From Haplodiscus bocki (Eukaryota): a stretch of DNA of 64,000 nucleotides. The notes under the pieces are model-generated. The model was not told the origin of the DNA, searched no databases, and worked only from the letters and a program-made list of their open reading frames with translations. Positions 37,000 through 50,234 of the stretch are shown here, piece after piece. The position numbers were made by a program, and so were the translations under genes. Where the stretch lies: the NCBI GenBank assembly GCA_965655095.1, contig OZ296649.1, positions 806,001 through 870,000 on the forward strand. The letters are read 5' to 3'. The number at the start of each line of letters is the position of its first letter. Positions within the stretch are counted from its first letter, which is position 1.

Positions 37000-39900
37000 G
37001 TAACAATGCTAGGAAAATGTTGGCTTAAGATATATAGCAGGCGTTACTCACTACATCATACAATATATGGAAGAGCATGAAAAACAATATCGGCCATAAA
37101 AGCATAAACAAGTTTTTCCAGCGAAGTTTCAACCCAAAAATTGAAATGACTCTGTTGGTACCGCAGCAATGATGCACAAGTGAAAATGAAAACACAAACT
37201 ATTCGGGTTACTCTCTATCAATTGTTAGGGCCGCTCTTTTGAGTTGGTTTTGTGTGCCAGAAAATCAATCGAGTGAAATCTGGAAAAGATCGTCCGTATG
37301 AAAAAAGCAATCAAGTGGAACATTGATCCTGGGATGCGGAGACGGGTTGTCTGTAGAAAATACCCAAGTGGAACAAGTTCTCCAATTAAGTAAACAGCTC
37401 GCCCCAAAAAAGATGATTTATTCATAATTTTTAATGTCATCTCAACTTTCAATCAAAATCACTTCCAGAAAAGAACAAAGTTTTAAATATTCCACAGTCG
37501 CAGTGTTGTGGAAGTTAGAAGAAGTGGAAGGACAACTTATAGGACAACATTCATCAGAAATTTGTGTCCTGATCCGAAGCTTTTAACCGCTAAATAACAG
37601 CTTCGTTTCTAGTTTTCCGTAAAGAATTATTCAGATCTGGCCCGTTGAAAAAAAGCGTTGCCAGTGCTGCCATCGCTGAGAATTTGAATTCCTAGCTAAT
37701 TTGCATGACTTCCAGTACTATACCACCGATGACATTGTTTTGTAGAAAAAACTGACTAAAAGCAGTTGTTGTCTGTAAAATTGCAAAAGCCCAGTTTTTG
37801 CAACGTTCAAATTTTTTACGAACAAATGCGAGAAGAATATCTAGGCTAAGTTGACGTCGATATTTGTTTTTATCAAAACATTTTTGACATTTCTCAGTCC
37901 CAGCGTCGACTTGCACGAGGTAGGAAACATTCTAACGAAGGTCTCTTGCGATAAAGTTGATCCATTTTTGCGATTTGAAGACATAGCAACGTTATATACT
38001 GCAAGAAGAAGTGAAAATATCCAGAAGAGATCTTGGTTCTTTGGTCAACAGTTTGCGCGATTTTCTCAAAGCTTTTTTTACAGCGAGCAAGTGTTTACAC
38101 ATCCTACTAACGAATCAAAAAACTGAGATTGGATCAACAATGTCAAAAAACAATCTCTTCAATCTTTACTCTGAAGACATCATTGAAAATCCAAACAGAC
38201 AAAATCATTCATGGTTCCGAGTGGAAATCAGAAAGACTTGCATCTCTTACATCAAAAAGTTTCAACCTTACAAAATTCAGTTTATACTTACAAAAGTTGT
38301 CTACCTTGACCATCGCGGAGTTCACCATGTCTACAAGAACCGATATTACGTTGCAAATAAGTGTGGAAAAAAAGAGAGCAAATTTGATGTGTAACACAAT
38401 CAACCCTGTTTGTTGGTATGACAGAAAGCGTTAAAAACCCTATTGTGAAGGGGTGTAGTGCCTTGAAAAAGTGTAATTTGAGAGACTTTGAGAGCACAAA
38501 AAGTCTTTTCAATCATTCATCAGAAGTGATTATCATGCTTCTCAATGCGCGTCAATAAGTCTTGTTCGAAAAATTCTTTTCAAAGAATAAACAAACTTGT
38601 TTGTCCCGATGTGTAACTTGAGATTTTACATTTTTTGGAGAGACGGGGAAATAAAATCAAGAGGTTACTCTTGATGACTTTTTTCCTGGCAGAAATGGAC
38701 AGAGAAGAACGAAACCTTTAACAACCATGTAACTACTTCGAGGCTCATTTCTGCTTTTGGAAATTGTAGAGCCCGCTCTTTTGTTTACAATAATCCTTTT
38801 ACGTCACAGGAACACGTCAGAACGACAAAAATGAATGAAAAGCGCTTTTCCTTTACCAGAGAAGATGAAGTTTTCACAAGACAAGCAGAGGTGTATCAGT
38901 GTATCAACAGAATAGACAAGGAGAGAATTGTTCAATTTGTGTGTGGACAAAGAAATACAAGAGACCATTGGAGGTCTTCACTGTCCAACATAAAAAAACC
39001 AAAGTCCTTCACATTTCAACCAAAAAACTTCCAGTTTCTACGACTGTAGAAAGTTCAAAGCCTGCTGCCAGGTTCTTAATATTCAATTTAGGAAACAAAA
39101 CCCGACACAGACTTTTTTGCTTGAGTTGGTACGCAAGGCTTTGCAAAGAAGACAAGTCGTGATTACGTAGGAGAAAAACTGTCCCCGTTGGTAGAAAAAT
39201 ATCTCCGGCAATCATAATCAACCACAACTGAAGCTGAACCGAAGAAGGTCAAACCTATTTCATCTCTCGCATAATCGTTTTGACTTACCATTGGTTGATG
39301 AAAGCAAACAAAATCTCCCGTTGGGTATCATCGTTCACGTTTTCAGTCTAAATTAAAGCTGGATGATTTTCTGTTTCTCCAACGATGGTATGCAGCGGTC
39401 TGTTGATTCTGGTCCAGATTCTGTCATTCTTACCGGATAAAATCACGCCGAGGAATTAACAATCAGCTCGCACTAAGTTCTCTTTGCTGTGTAGAACTAG
39501 TTTCTACAGCACAGACAAGATTTTCTAGAAATCGTTTGGCTGGACTCCGAAGTACCCCGAATTAGCATGGAGCTCCTGAAGTGACAGATGGAATACTCTC
39601 AAGTGTATGTGCCCAAGAAACGAACACAAGCAATTATAAAGTGTCTGACTCGAAAAACATTGAGTTTCACTGGGGGATCCTGATTTGATTAAGGATGCAG
39701 TCCTTCGACTAAGCATAGACATTCCATCTCCCCTTTCAGTTCCAGCGACTTTGAGACGGGTTCAATGGACGAAAACCCCATTCTATTGGATGACGATGAG
39801 GAAAAGGAGAACTCTCCTCCTCCAACAAAAACTCCATTTTCTGAGAGACAAACCAGATCCCTTGAGTTGATGTGAAATCGTCCAATTTCAACAAGATTGG

Positions 39901-40200
39901 AAAATTTTCCTGATTATGTTAACTGAATTTTGTTTCAATAATTTTTGTATGCTTTCTGATAAAAAATTAATTTTTTTTCAGTTTACCATAATCTTTTTTC
40001 GGAAATTTTTCAGACATGTGAGACACGAAAACATTTCTAGTTTCGCCACAAAACAATTACCAGTGGCAACTAGTTTCTGCATACGGCAAGTTCATACAGA
40101 GAAACAATAGCGCAGCTGGACGAAATCAGAAGTCAAAGTCCTCGCGAAAATGAGTACGAGAACTATTGTTTGATTGGCAAATGATTTTATCCAGTCGACG
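37000..40200. mobile_element. Maverick small-ORF cluster (copy B), including ORF 38011-38394
   Basis: Same order as, and homologous to, 9000-11600; ORF 38011-38394 (127 aa) remains open; function unknown. Confidence 0.7.
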
Positions 40201-40309
40201 GGGATATTGTAGGCTGTCAATATTCATGGTGATATTGTTGAGAGCGTTTTGAAAAGTACTTGTGGCGGAGATAGGTAAACATTAAACCTTAGCAGAGGTT
40301 ACAAACTTT

Positions 40310-40670
40310 AAATCAAAATCAGACACATTGTAGAAAAATCAATTCCAAAACTGACACTTTGTAGAAAACTTTTATTCAAAATGTGACTTTGTAGCAAAAC
40401 ATCAGTTCAAAAACTGAAATTCCCTGAGAAACATGTGCTTCAGAATCAAGTTTGTTGAACGACATGAAAATGAAAAACTTGTTGTTTTTACGGATTACAT
40501 TGAGTCAAAAACATGATTTTTAAGAAGTAAGTTTTACACTCGAATTCTGATTTCCAAAGGATACTTCTTCTTTAAAATCTGATCAAAAAATAATTCGAAT
40601 TCTCACAGGTCAAAAAACAATCAAAATCTGACGATTTGTAAAAATTTTGATCCTAAATCTGTGTTTCAAA
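40310..40670 (+). repeat. Degenerate ~30-bp tandem repeat (ATTCAAAATCTGACACGTTGTAAAA-like)
   Basis: Recurrent caaaatc(a/t)gac units; unrelated to the 28-bp satellite; reverse-oriented array at 47750-48012. Confidence 0.7.
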
Positions 40671-41748
40671 ATGTTTTTTAGGTTCCAGCATAAAAATGTC
40701 TACTTTGAAAAAAATGTAAGGTGTGATGAAGTTTTGTTTCTCTGATAATCAGTCGAGCTTGTTTAAATGCTGCTTTTTTTAAGCAGGCCTGATAATGGAT
40801 GTGATGGTTATTTAAATTGCAATACCAAATGACATTCACAAGTTCCTTTGGAATTCAAAAAATGAATACTTCAGAATAATTTTGTTTCAAAAGTTACTAA
40901 ATTACTAGTATAAATACCAAAACCAAGTAGCAAACAATCTAATTTTTTTTTGACTCTAGTCATAACTTAGTCGTTTTACTTTGTTCATTTCCTTTTGCAA
41001 ACACTGAACCACTCGTTTGTTTTGATATTTTATTTTAAAAGGAGTTAAATAGGTGCTCCTTGTACTTTCTGCTGGAAAGTCTCTTCTTTGCAAAGCTTGG
41101 CACCTTGTCCAATGCTCTGTTTTATCGGTGGAAGCAAACTGCTTTCAGCAAACTAATAAACGTTCGCCCACTCTTGACAACAAATTTGTCACTTATTCGA
41201 TACTTGAAAAACGTATACAAAGAGTCCACGTGTTGATAAGTGAAGTGGAATGCATCCACTTTTAGGAGCAGCTCTCCAACATCACTCAGCAGCTAAACGT
41301 GATATCTGCAGTTGGGTAGAACGCACATCTTGTCGTTGTAGTGAGCACGGTAGTACTCTTCTTTCACAATTTCATTTACTTATGGGTTTGCAGAAACAGA
41401 AGAACTGTTTTCCGAATATTATGCATGAAAACAGGGTATCATTTGTAATATTGCAGCTGCCATCTGATTGATGAGGAGGTTTTGTGAATCAGCAAATCTG
41501 GAGAACGAAATGTTACCGTTCTTTGTGCAAGTAATATAAAATAGAACGGAGCTCCATACATGGCATTATCACATGACATTGAGCAAAGATGGAACGAATC
41601 TGCCTCTATGGAAAAACACTTGACAAGGACTAAATATTAGGCTTGAATGAGCAACAACTTGCAACACCGAAGTCTTTCTTTGAAAATAATTCTCAAAAAA
41701 GAAAAACTTCTTTCAGCTACCAGCATGGTAATTTAAGGACCAAAACCC

Positions 41749-43100
41749 ATGGCTTACAACACTACTGCTTCTTTGGAAAAAAATAACTTATACCAACATT
41801 GTGGATATTTTTATTTTTTGAGATAGATTTGGACAATTTGAACAATTGATTGCAACCACTTGGATGTAACACTCAAAACTTTCAAGAGAGACGACAAGAA
41901 ATATTTCCGATTGTTAGAATGTTTCACTTTGGGAGAAGTCAACCTCTTTATGAGACTACCGCGTCAACTAATTTTTGCAGCAGAAACCTTCACAGGAGAA
42001 AAAAACTTGTCTCTAGTTCAGAATCCATCAATATCTAAGCATATGGATTGAAAACTCAAAACGGCTCACAAAGTAGTTGAGGTTGTGGTTTAAAAAAACA
42101 AAAACAGTTGTGTGATTCTGCTGCGGTTCAGTGCAAACAAGCTAGAGAGTTCATTTCCTCAGGTCTGAAAAGTTGCAAAAAAGAAAGTATGGGAACTTCC
42201 GGTAAAATTACTGCGTGAACTGTAAACCTAAACTTATTATCTATCTTCTTGATAATAAGAATTCTTTATATGATCAAATCTTTCCAAATAAACCGTTTTA
42301 AGTAGTCCTACAATCTGTAAAGGCATTTTTTTGTTCTTTAAAAAACTTATTTTTTTTTGGAATAAAATTAAGTTAGATCTTTTGAATCAGTGGAAACCCA
42401 TTTTTCAAGCTAATGTCAATTTTGAGGCTTTATAATGTTATCCGTACAACTCCAAAAACTTCTGCTCAAAAACTTACACTAAGTGTAGTTGAAGTGCAAC
42501 AATTACTAAACATTGAGAAGACTGCTCCCAAGAAAGATTTTTCTTGCCTAAAATGAGCAGTTTTTGATGGTAGGAAGAGAGTTTGTGAAAACTTCAAAAC
42601 TGATACACACAAATTAAAGTGTGCCGGGTTCTGTTACGGAAACAATTTATACTTCAAAGATGAAAATTGATAGAAAATAACAGATAACAAAACGATCTTT
42701 GCAATGCCAATATATCCATTGAGTTACATTGAAAACTTTCTCATGCGGGGTGTTTTGTACTCTATGGCAGAACTGTTCATAAGGAAAACATTTTTTGTCA
42801 AGAATGAACGTTCTCTTTCTAATGAGTATTTGCCCACACTACTCAGGAATAAAAGTGTCATTTGGTTACATTAGTGCTCGCAAAAACCTTCTTCTAAGTG
42901 CATGTAGCTGTTGGGATGGTAGACTTTTTTCAAAAAAAGAAAACCGAAAGCTTGAATTTGCTGGAAATTTTGGCGGTGGGGACATTTACTTGGAATTTCT
43001 TTTTTGTTAATCCAAAGTATTCAAAATACATAAAATATTACATGATGCTATTGGAGCAGTGCGATCACTTAGTGGTAAAGGCCATGGTGACTTCTAATTA
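41749..43100 (+). pseudogene. Degenerate Maverick-associated ORFs of unknown function
   Basis: Coding-like fragments (MAYNTTASLEK.., LDVTLKTFKRDDKKYFRL..) lying between the small-ORF cluster and the DEDD-like/ATPase genes on the same strand. Confidence 0.4.
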
Positions 43101-43222
43101 ATTAGACGAGATTATTTAAATCAATCTCTTGTAAGCTTGGTCAAGTGACTGGACTATTCTTTTGCCTTTACGTAAAACCCTTTCTGCCGACCACTTTCAA
43201 TTTTGTCGAAATTTGAAGCAGT

Positions 43223-43680
43223 ATGTTTTTCATTGTACCAGATATTGATTTTGCAGATACGAAAGTTTTCAAGAAGTTGAGATTTTCCAAGAATGGGAAT
43301 GTTCAGGGATGCTCATCTTGTCCTTCGAACAAATACAAACCCATGAACACAAGCATTTTTGGGGTCAAAAAATATGTGCGGAAGTTTCTGGAAAAGTGGA
43401 AGTTTGGATGACAGTTAGTTTCCAAACATTTCGCCGAGAGATGTAGAGAAAGAACGTTTTCAAGAGAAATTTTAAAACAGCAGGATTCTTAGAAAAATAA
43501 TCGCCAAAAACTTTGGAAACTTGGATGATCAAGGCTGCCCCAAATTTCGAGATCTTGTTGATTCTGAAGCAGAAGAAGAAATTTGGGTTTGCTCGAGTTG
43601 CCTTTCAGAAACAAGACCACAATTCACTGTGCAGAGTGCAAGGCAAATTTGCCTGAAAACTAGACAAGGCAGCCTCTAAA
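43223..43680 (+). pseudogene. DEDD/DnaQ-like exonuclease-fold gene relic of a Maverick
   Basis: FIVPDIDFADTKVFKKL (hhhDxE...KEL-like), later NLDDQGCPK and a Cys/His tail WVCSSCL..K.TIHCA. Confidence 0.5.
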
Positions 43681-44052
43681 GTTGTAAAAATTGTATTGTG
43701 GAGTGTATTGTCATAATCTGCGTAATTAGGTCTTGTAAAAAGATTCAATCATTTTTTTAGAAAATCGTTTTTGAGTGATTGAGCGAACAAACTAGATGAC
43801 TGATGCAGATAGCAATAATAATCTGGGCAAGATTGATTTCGACGGCAACAATCAAGAGCAAAAATTGTGGTCCTCTACAGGATGAACCTGTTCCAGATCC
43901 CTGATAGTCTTTTTCTCCCCACTTTTTGTCAATCTGTTGTTTGTCTCTGCTTGCCTCTGAAGAATTCATCTTTCAAAAAAATGTGACCAAACAATTGTCT
44001 GGGTGAGCAACTTTTTTAGTGTAGCAAGATGAGCTGAACTCTCACCAAAACT

Positions 44053-44760
44053 ATGAAAAAAATTGTTGCTTCAAAAAAGAGCGTTTTTGTACTTTTGGTT
44101 CATCCCTCTGACACAAGAAAGTCACGTAATTTTTTTACATTGAGTCAAAGTTAGAACCTCTCAACAAAGAATTGGTGAAAACGCTTTTCTATCAACACTC
44201 CTAGCCACTTTACGATGCTTTGCAAAGAGAGAGTTAAAATCTTGAGCGTGCATAGGATGTAAACTTCGAATTTATATATTGGTTGAAAAACAGCGGTACA
44301 AAGTACTTGTTATTCTTCAATAAACTATCTTAGGATCTTTGCAATCCGAAAGCCTTTTTGATATTGCAACCGCTGATTGGCATAGTGGTTTTGAGTACTA
44401 TTTACTTTAAGCCCAACTTGTTTCTTCAAAGCAAACTTGGGCGAGAGTTCGAGCTCTCAAATACGTATATTTTTCTCTCAAAACTCACTTTGAGGTGATG
44501 CAAATCAGTGCGCCTAGCGCACAAATGGGTCCCGGATCAGGGCTTCTTCACCGGTATTGAGACGCAACATCCGTTCTCTACGGTCATTTATTGATAGAAA
44601 AGTTGCTATGAACAGAAGATCGATTTAGTTACTGTAAAAAAAACACTCGATCCGTTGCTCAAAGTTTATATCCCCGACAAGTTGAAACAAATTAAGTCTT
44701 TGGGCGATGAACAAACAAAACATCAATTTTCTCCAAGTGATCCCATCAGTTTTTGTCCAC
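44053..44760 (+). pseudogene. A32-like (FtsK/HerA) packaging ATPase of a Maverick, degenerate
   Basis: MKKIVASKKSVFVLLVHPSDTRKS (decayed Walker A GPSxTGKS), TKYLLFFN (Walker B hhhhDD), DIATADWHSG (A32 GRH motif), YGHLLI. Confidence 0.8.
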
Positions 44761-44989
44761 TCAAAAAGTTTTTTTTTCCTTCAGCCTTGCCGAACATAGT
44801 TTAACAGGTAAATCTGCAATTGCTTAGTAACTCTTCTAAAAAAACACCTGTAAAGCGTAAAAAGAAGTCACTTGAGATAGTTGCAGAAACATAGTTGATT
44901 TTTATTTTAAAAAACAATCACTTGGCAGCAATTAGAGGTTGTGGAATCTAAGGAAAGGTGACTGCTGAGGCAAATCTTGACTTATAACA

Positions 44990-46018
44990 GTGTTGAGCTG
45001 TTCCCAGTCTTAATACACTGCTGATTAATACCTTGTTTCATTAGATTGCTGAGATGTTCCCAATCTTGAAAAAACGCTGACCTATACCCTTTATTGTTAC
45101 TTTGCTGTGCTTTTCCCAATCCTAAAACTTTGCTGATGTATACAATCTCTCATTACATTGCTGAGAAATTCCTAATCTTAAAACATTGCTGATGCATACC
45201 TTGTCTTATTATATTGCTGAGACGTTCCCGATCGTGGAAAAAAGCTGACTTATACCCTTTCTTCTTTTATTGCTGTGCTTTTCCCAATCTTAAAACTTTG
45301 CTGATGTATACACTGTCCCATTACATTGCTGGGAAATTCGCAATCTTGAAACATTGCTGATGCATATCCTGTCTTATTATATTGCTGAGATGTTCCCAAC
45401 CTTGAAACAATGCTGACGTATACCTTGAGATTTTACATTGCTGAACTGTTTCTAATCTTATAACATCCCTGAGGCTTATCTTGTTTTGTTACATTGCTGA
45501 GACGTTCCCGATCGTGGAAAAAAGCTGACTTATACCCTTTCTTCTTTTATTGCTGTGCTTTTCCCAATCTTAAAACTTTGCTGATGTATACACTGTCCCA
45601 TTACATTGCTGGGAAATTCGCAATCTTGAAACATTGCTGATGCATATCCTGTCTTATTATATTGCTGAGATGTTCCCAACCTTGAAACAATGCTGACGTA
45701 TACCTTGAGATTTTACATTGCTGAACTGTTTCTAATCTTATAACATCCCTGAGGCTTATCTTGTCTTGTTACATTGCTGAGCTGTTCCACTTCTTTTAAC
45801 ATTGCTGAGGCATATCTTATTTTACTACACTGCTGAGGAGTTCCCAATCTTGAAGATTGCTCACGTATACATTGTGATATTACATGGCAGAGCTATACCC
45901 TATATTAGCACATTGACGGACTATGGTTTATGTTAATACATTGCTGACGGTTTCCACGAAACTATGTCGGCAGCACATCAGAATCATTTATTTTGTCACC
46001 CAAAATGCCCGAGAGCTG
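44990..46018 (-). repeat. Satellite element, minus strand: CAGCAATG-variant 28-bp array (56-bp dimer, 280-bp duplication) plus head
   Basis: acattgctga recurs at ~28-bp spacing; gacgttcccgatcgtgg at 45221 and 45501; the head 45910-46018 is the reverse complement of 46069-46177. Confidence 0.9.
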
Positions 46019-46068
46019 CCGACTTGGTATAACCTAATATAGAACATAGGAACCTACACCTTATCCTT

Positions 46069-47215
46069 CAGCTCTGGGGTCTTTTAGGTGATGTAATACT
46101 CGATTATGATTGGCTGCCGACAACGTTTCGTGAAAACCGACAGCAAGACATTAAGATAAACCATAGTTCGACAATGTACTGAGATGGGTTAAAGCTCAGC
46201 AATGCAATAGCACAAAGTATACGTCAGCAATGTTTTGATATTGGATATAGCTCAGCAGTGTAATGAGATAAGATACGCCCGAGGAAAGTTATAAGATTAG
46301 AAAGAGCTCAGTGATGTAAAATAACAAAGTATACGTCAGCAATGTTTCGAGTTTGGGAATAGCACAGCAACGTAACCAGAAAGGGTATACGTCAGCATTG
46401 TTTCAAGATTGGGAAAATCTCAGCATTATTATGGGACTGAGTATACATCAGCAATGTTTAAAGTTTGGGATTTTCTCAGCAATGCAATGAGACAGGGAAT
46501 ACATCAGCAAAGTTTTAGGATTGGGAATAGCACAGCAATGTAACAAGAAAGGCTATGCATCAGCATTGTTTCAAGTTTGGGGACATATCAGCAATGCAAT
46601 AAGTCAAGGTATACACCAGCAGTGTTTTAGGACTGGCAGTAGCACAGCAATGTCAAAAGTCAAGTTTTGCCGCAGGAAATATTTGAGATTGGGAACAACT
46701 CAACAATATAATAAGAAAGAGTAAGCATCAGCAATGTTTTGAGAGCGGCAAATCTCAGCAATGTAATAGCATGGATTCACCTCAACATTGTTATAAGATT
46801 AGGAGCATCCCTACAATGCAATAAGACCGGGTCTAACTCAACAATGTGTTATATTTGGGTATGGCTCATCAATGCAATAAAATTGGGAATTACTCAGCTA
46901 CGTAAAATGATTGGTGTTACTTAGGCAATGTGTTAATGTTGGGTATAGCTCAACAGAGTGTTAGGGCAGCGTATACATCAGCAAAGAAATAAGAAAGCGT
47001 ACACTCCCCACCAATGTCCTTAGACAGGGTATTTTTCCGCAAAAAAAATGTGTTGTATGGATTTGGGTTCCCGAGTCTTTGACCCTGGATAAGTTTAGGC
47101 TTTCGGCAAAAACCGAGTGCATAGAGTCCTTAAGACCGTCACAGTTTTATGATATGCAATCCGAGCTAATTTTGTTCGATAATGTATTATGATAGTGTGT
47201 ACAGGCAGACCTTGC
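46069..47215 (+). mobile_element. Satellite element, plus strand: head + CAGCAATG-variant array + tail
   Basis: Head motif at 46098, array ~46150-47030, tail (gcgtacactccccaccaat...atttgggt...aatgtattatgatag) homologous to 50720-50945. Confidence 0.85.
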
Positions 47216-47749
47216 AGACATTGAAAAACGGTGAAATTGCCTGGAAGCTGAGAAGGATGTACACTTACGAATCAAGTATGCTTTAATTCTGCAATATTTG
47301 AAGATGAGTTCAGAGTTTGGTAAAATATGGGACCACCTAAGGTATGCTCTGAGACACACATGTGTTGGAAATTGATTTTCGATTTAGTATTGTCAGTTTT
47401 GATGAGTTTCAAGAATGTGATGGGTAGCGTCCCGCAACCAATGTTGGGTAAATGCTGTGTATTTGTCAGCTTCATTCCATTGCTCTTTTTCTTGTTACTC
47501 ACACAAAACATTGGAGAAAACGGATGGAGTTCTGACTAAAGTGCGTTTTCTTTTCCTTTCGTTCAGGTTCAATTTGAGAAACACTGCTGATCTGCTAGAT
47601 TTTATGCTCCAGAGAGTTCTGTCCATAACTTCTGTGAAAATGGTGTGTTGTGATAATACTATTCCTCACACATTGAGACACATTTCAAATAAATTGAAAT
47701 TTACGTTGACAGAAGATATCATCATTCAGTCAGATCCTGGAAATTACGT

Positions 47750-48012
47750 GAAAATCAGATTTCGAAGAAAAAATTTGAAAACTTGCCAGGTGTTCAATCA
47801 AATTTTTTAACGCGTCGCTATTTTGAAAAAAAATTTTACAAAGCTTCAGATTTTGAATTAAAAAGAAAATATAACGGGTCATGTTTTGAGTTTGAAAATG
47901 CAACGCTTCAATTTTTAAGTTTAAAAAACTAGAACGTGTCAGATTTTAGATCAACTTTTTAAACACGCGTCAGATTTTGAAATGAATATTTTACAACGTG
48001 TCAGATTTTGAG
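47750..48012 (-). repeat. ~30-bp tandem repeat (ACAACGTGTCAGATTTTGAA on the plus strand)
   Basis: Reverse complement of the unit at 40310-40670. Confidence 0.75.
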
Positions 48013-48619
48013 TGTACTTTTTTTGCAGCTCGCCAGGTTTTCATGTGTTCCTCGAAACAGGGCCGTTTCGGTAATGTTTCAATGTCTAGTGTGGGTTCGG
48101 TTAAACAATTTATTCTGTTAGGATAGGTTTTTTGTACCTCAAGTGTGATCAACGTAACGAGGCATATTAAGACATCCAATCCGATCCGAGTTTGTTCATC
48201 AATATACTCAGATAGGGAATGGTATTTAACAAGGTTGTACAGGAGACTATGAGGTTTGCAACGTACAGAGCTAAGTAGTCTGAATTCAATGACTTATTTG
48301 TGATAACGTCATGTCTTCTGATAAGGCAGAGGACCGACCTGATCAAGCATTGAAGTAGGTTATAAAGAGTGGTGGGTGAGAAGGGTGTGAACCTATGTAT
48401 TACGCTAGGATGAACAGCTGCAATGTACTAAGATAGGTTGCGGTTTCGGCTGCCTAAGGGAGTGTTACCTTACAAAGAAGTTGAAGATGAACTTTTACTT
48501 CTCACTCAAAGTCAACAAAGAAAGGGAACAAAAAATAAATTTTCGAAAAAAAACAACAAACATTGCTCCAGCAAACAAAAAAATCAAACACCTGAAGCAA
48601 ATAGCTACACTTAAATACA

Positions 48620-49400
48620 ATTACAGTTAATCACAAACGGCGGAATTCCATCCGTTGCTCCGTTGTACCAGAGATTTACTCAACTCTTCAACTGTAGCAA
48701 CTGTTTCATTCACTCGTCCGTCTGGTTGGTAATTTCTCTGAAAGAATGCAAAGCTGACGCAAAATCCCTTCTTTTTACTGTCCATCGTTCGCAATGAAGA
48801 AAACATTTGATTAGAGTCTGTTCTAGGTTCGTGAGTTGATGTTTGAGGGTACTGATTGGACATAGAGCATCTCTCATTAGTGTGTTTGGGTGACAAAAGA
48901 GCTGCTGAAACCATGGCCCATAAGGTATATGTGTTCAGAAAGATATTAGAGTTATACTGCTCATCAACAAACTAATAATGTTGATCGTTACTGTGAATGC
49001 ATTTGGGTTTTAATCACAATTTGGAAAGGTAATTCCGTTCTCGGTTGATCTGTCTGATTTTGACAGGAGTTTCAGGGTAGAAGGTAGTAGCACAAACAAA
49101 ATCTACATAGTCCACGATATTCTCCTCATCAAGGAAGTGCACAATGTCATCGAAAGAAACGGTCCTTTTGAAAATCTGGCCACAATTTGACAAAAGATCT
49201 TTTTCTGGACGCAAAAAAAGAATGAATTGCAAGCTCTGTAGGATCACAAGGAGAGACTTGGGTTTTATTGTAGCTGCCCCTGGATTCCTGCAAAAGGCAA
49301 AAATAATCAATTTCGACAACGTCGAGCACTAAATTCTGATCGTAAGCAGAAATTGATGAGAAATTTCAGCAGTGGTTGAATACATTGGTAGCTGGAAGAA
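48620..49400 (-). pseudogene. Degenerate non-LTR retrotransposon reverse transcriptase fragment
   Basis: ORF 49014-49319 KPKSLLVILQSL...CGQIF...VDYVDF..TFY..YLSKL resembles the RPISLL...QxGF...DxxYxDFxKAFD...LLxKL order of LINE RTs. Confidence 0.45.
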
Positions 49401-50234
49401 GCGTTATTGAGAACGGTTCTTAAAGAATGAATTTTTAGAGTAGCAAGTTGCTGATTTTATAAGATTTTAACCGGTTCATACATGCTTTATAATGATAACT
49501 TTTCCTTTTTGGTCGAAGCTACAATGACTCCCATATATGGGAGATGTTTCCTTTTTTTGGGACTTGGTGCAAATTTTAACACTAATTTGTTTCTCAGTAA
49601 TTTGTTCAGCGTAATTTTTCCAGACAACCTGTTGTCTTATCAGGGCAGTTTGTTCCTCTTAATTTGTTCCTCTTTTCTCAGACACGCTGTCTGGTGATAT
49701 ATGTCCCCGTGATAAATTTTTCCCAGACAGCCTGTCACCATAAAAGGGGAACTTGTTCCACTTGAGTTGTTTTCACAGAAAAGCATTTTTATCCAAATAA
49801 CTAGTTTTTAAAAGTATAAAGTTGATTTTTAGGACAAAAGAAATTAATTGACAGCTCCTCTTATGGTTAGTCTGTCCTTTTTTTGCACATTCCATATCTG
49901 GTACAAAGTAATGATTATCACTCGCTACATATTTTCGCCGGAAGCGGGTTCCATTCACAGGTCATGTCCAGTTTATTTGAATAAAAAAACGATGTAGTCA
50001 CTCCACGGTTTTGTCACTGTATGTTGGTCGTTCCTCGCTTCCAACCACTTCCGGAACCATCTTTTTTTCACACTTGATACGCGTGAATGAGCTCGTCGAA
50101 ACTTTTGCATGATGGCCTAGAGGATTTCCTTTTATGTCAATGGTTTTAACTTTGTGCTCATATAAGTACATGTAGGTCTTAGGCTGTCTGCTCGTGATTT
50201 ATTCAGATTTGATTTTGATTGCGTTATCGCGTGA

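Noticed and set aside
47250-47740. Penelope-like RT C-terminal relic
   Set aside because: Only faint resemblance across several frames; no diagnostic motif.
48050-48460. Additional satellite element copy
   Set aside because: Only scattered monomer-like words (ttcggtaatg, aatgtactaagatagg); ends cannot be defined.
49773-49958. AP endonuclease SDH motif upstream of the RT relic
   Set aside because: A single weak motif (ASDNHYFV) without other endonuclease signatures.
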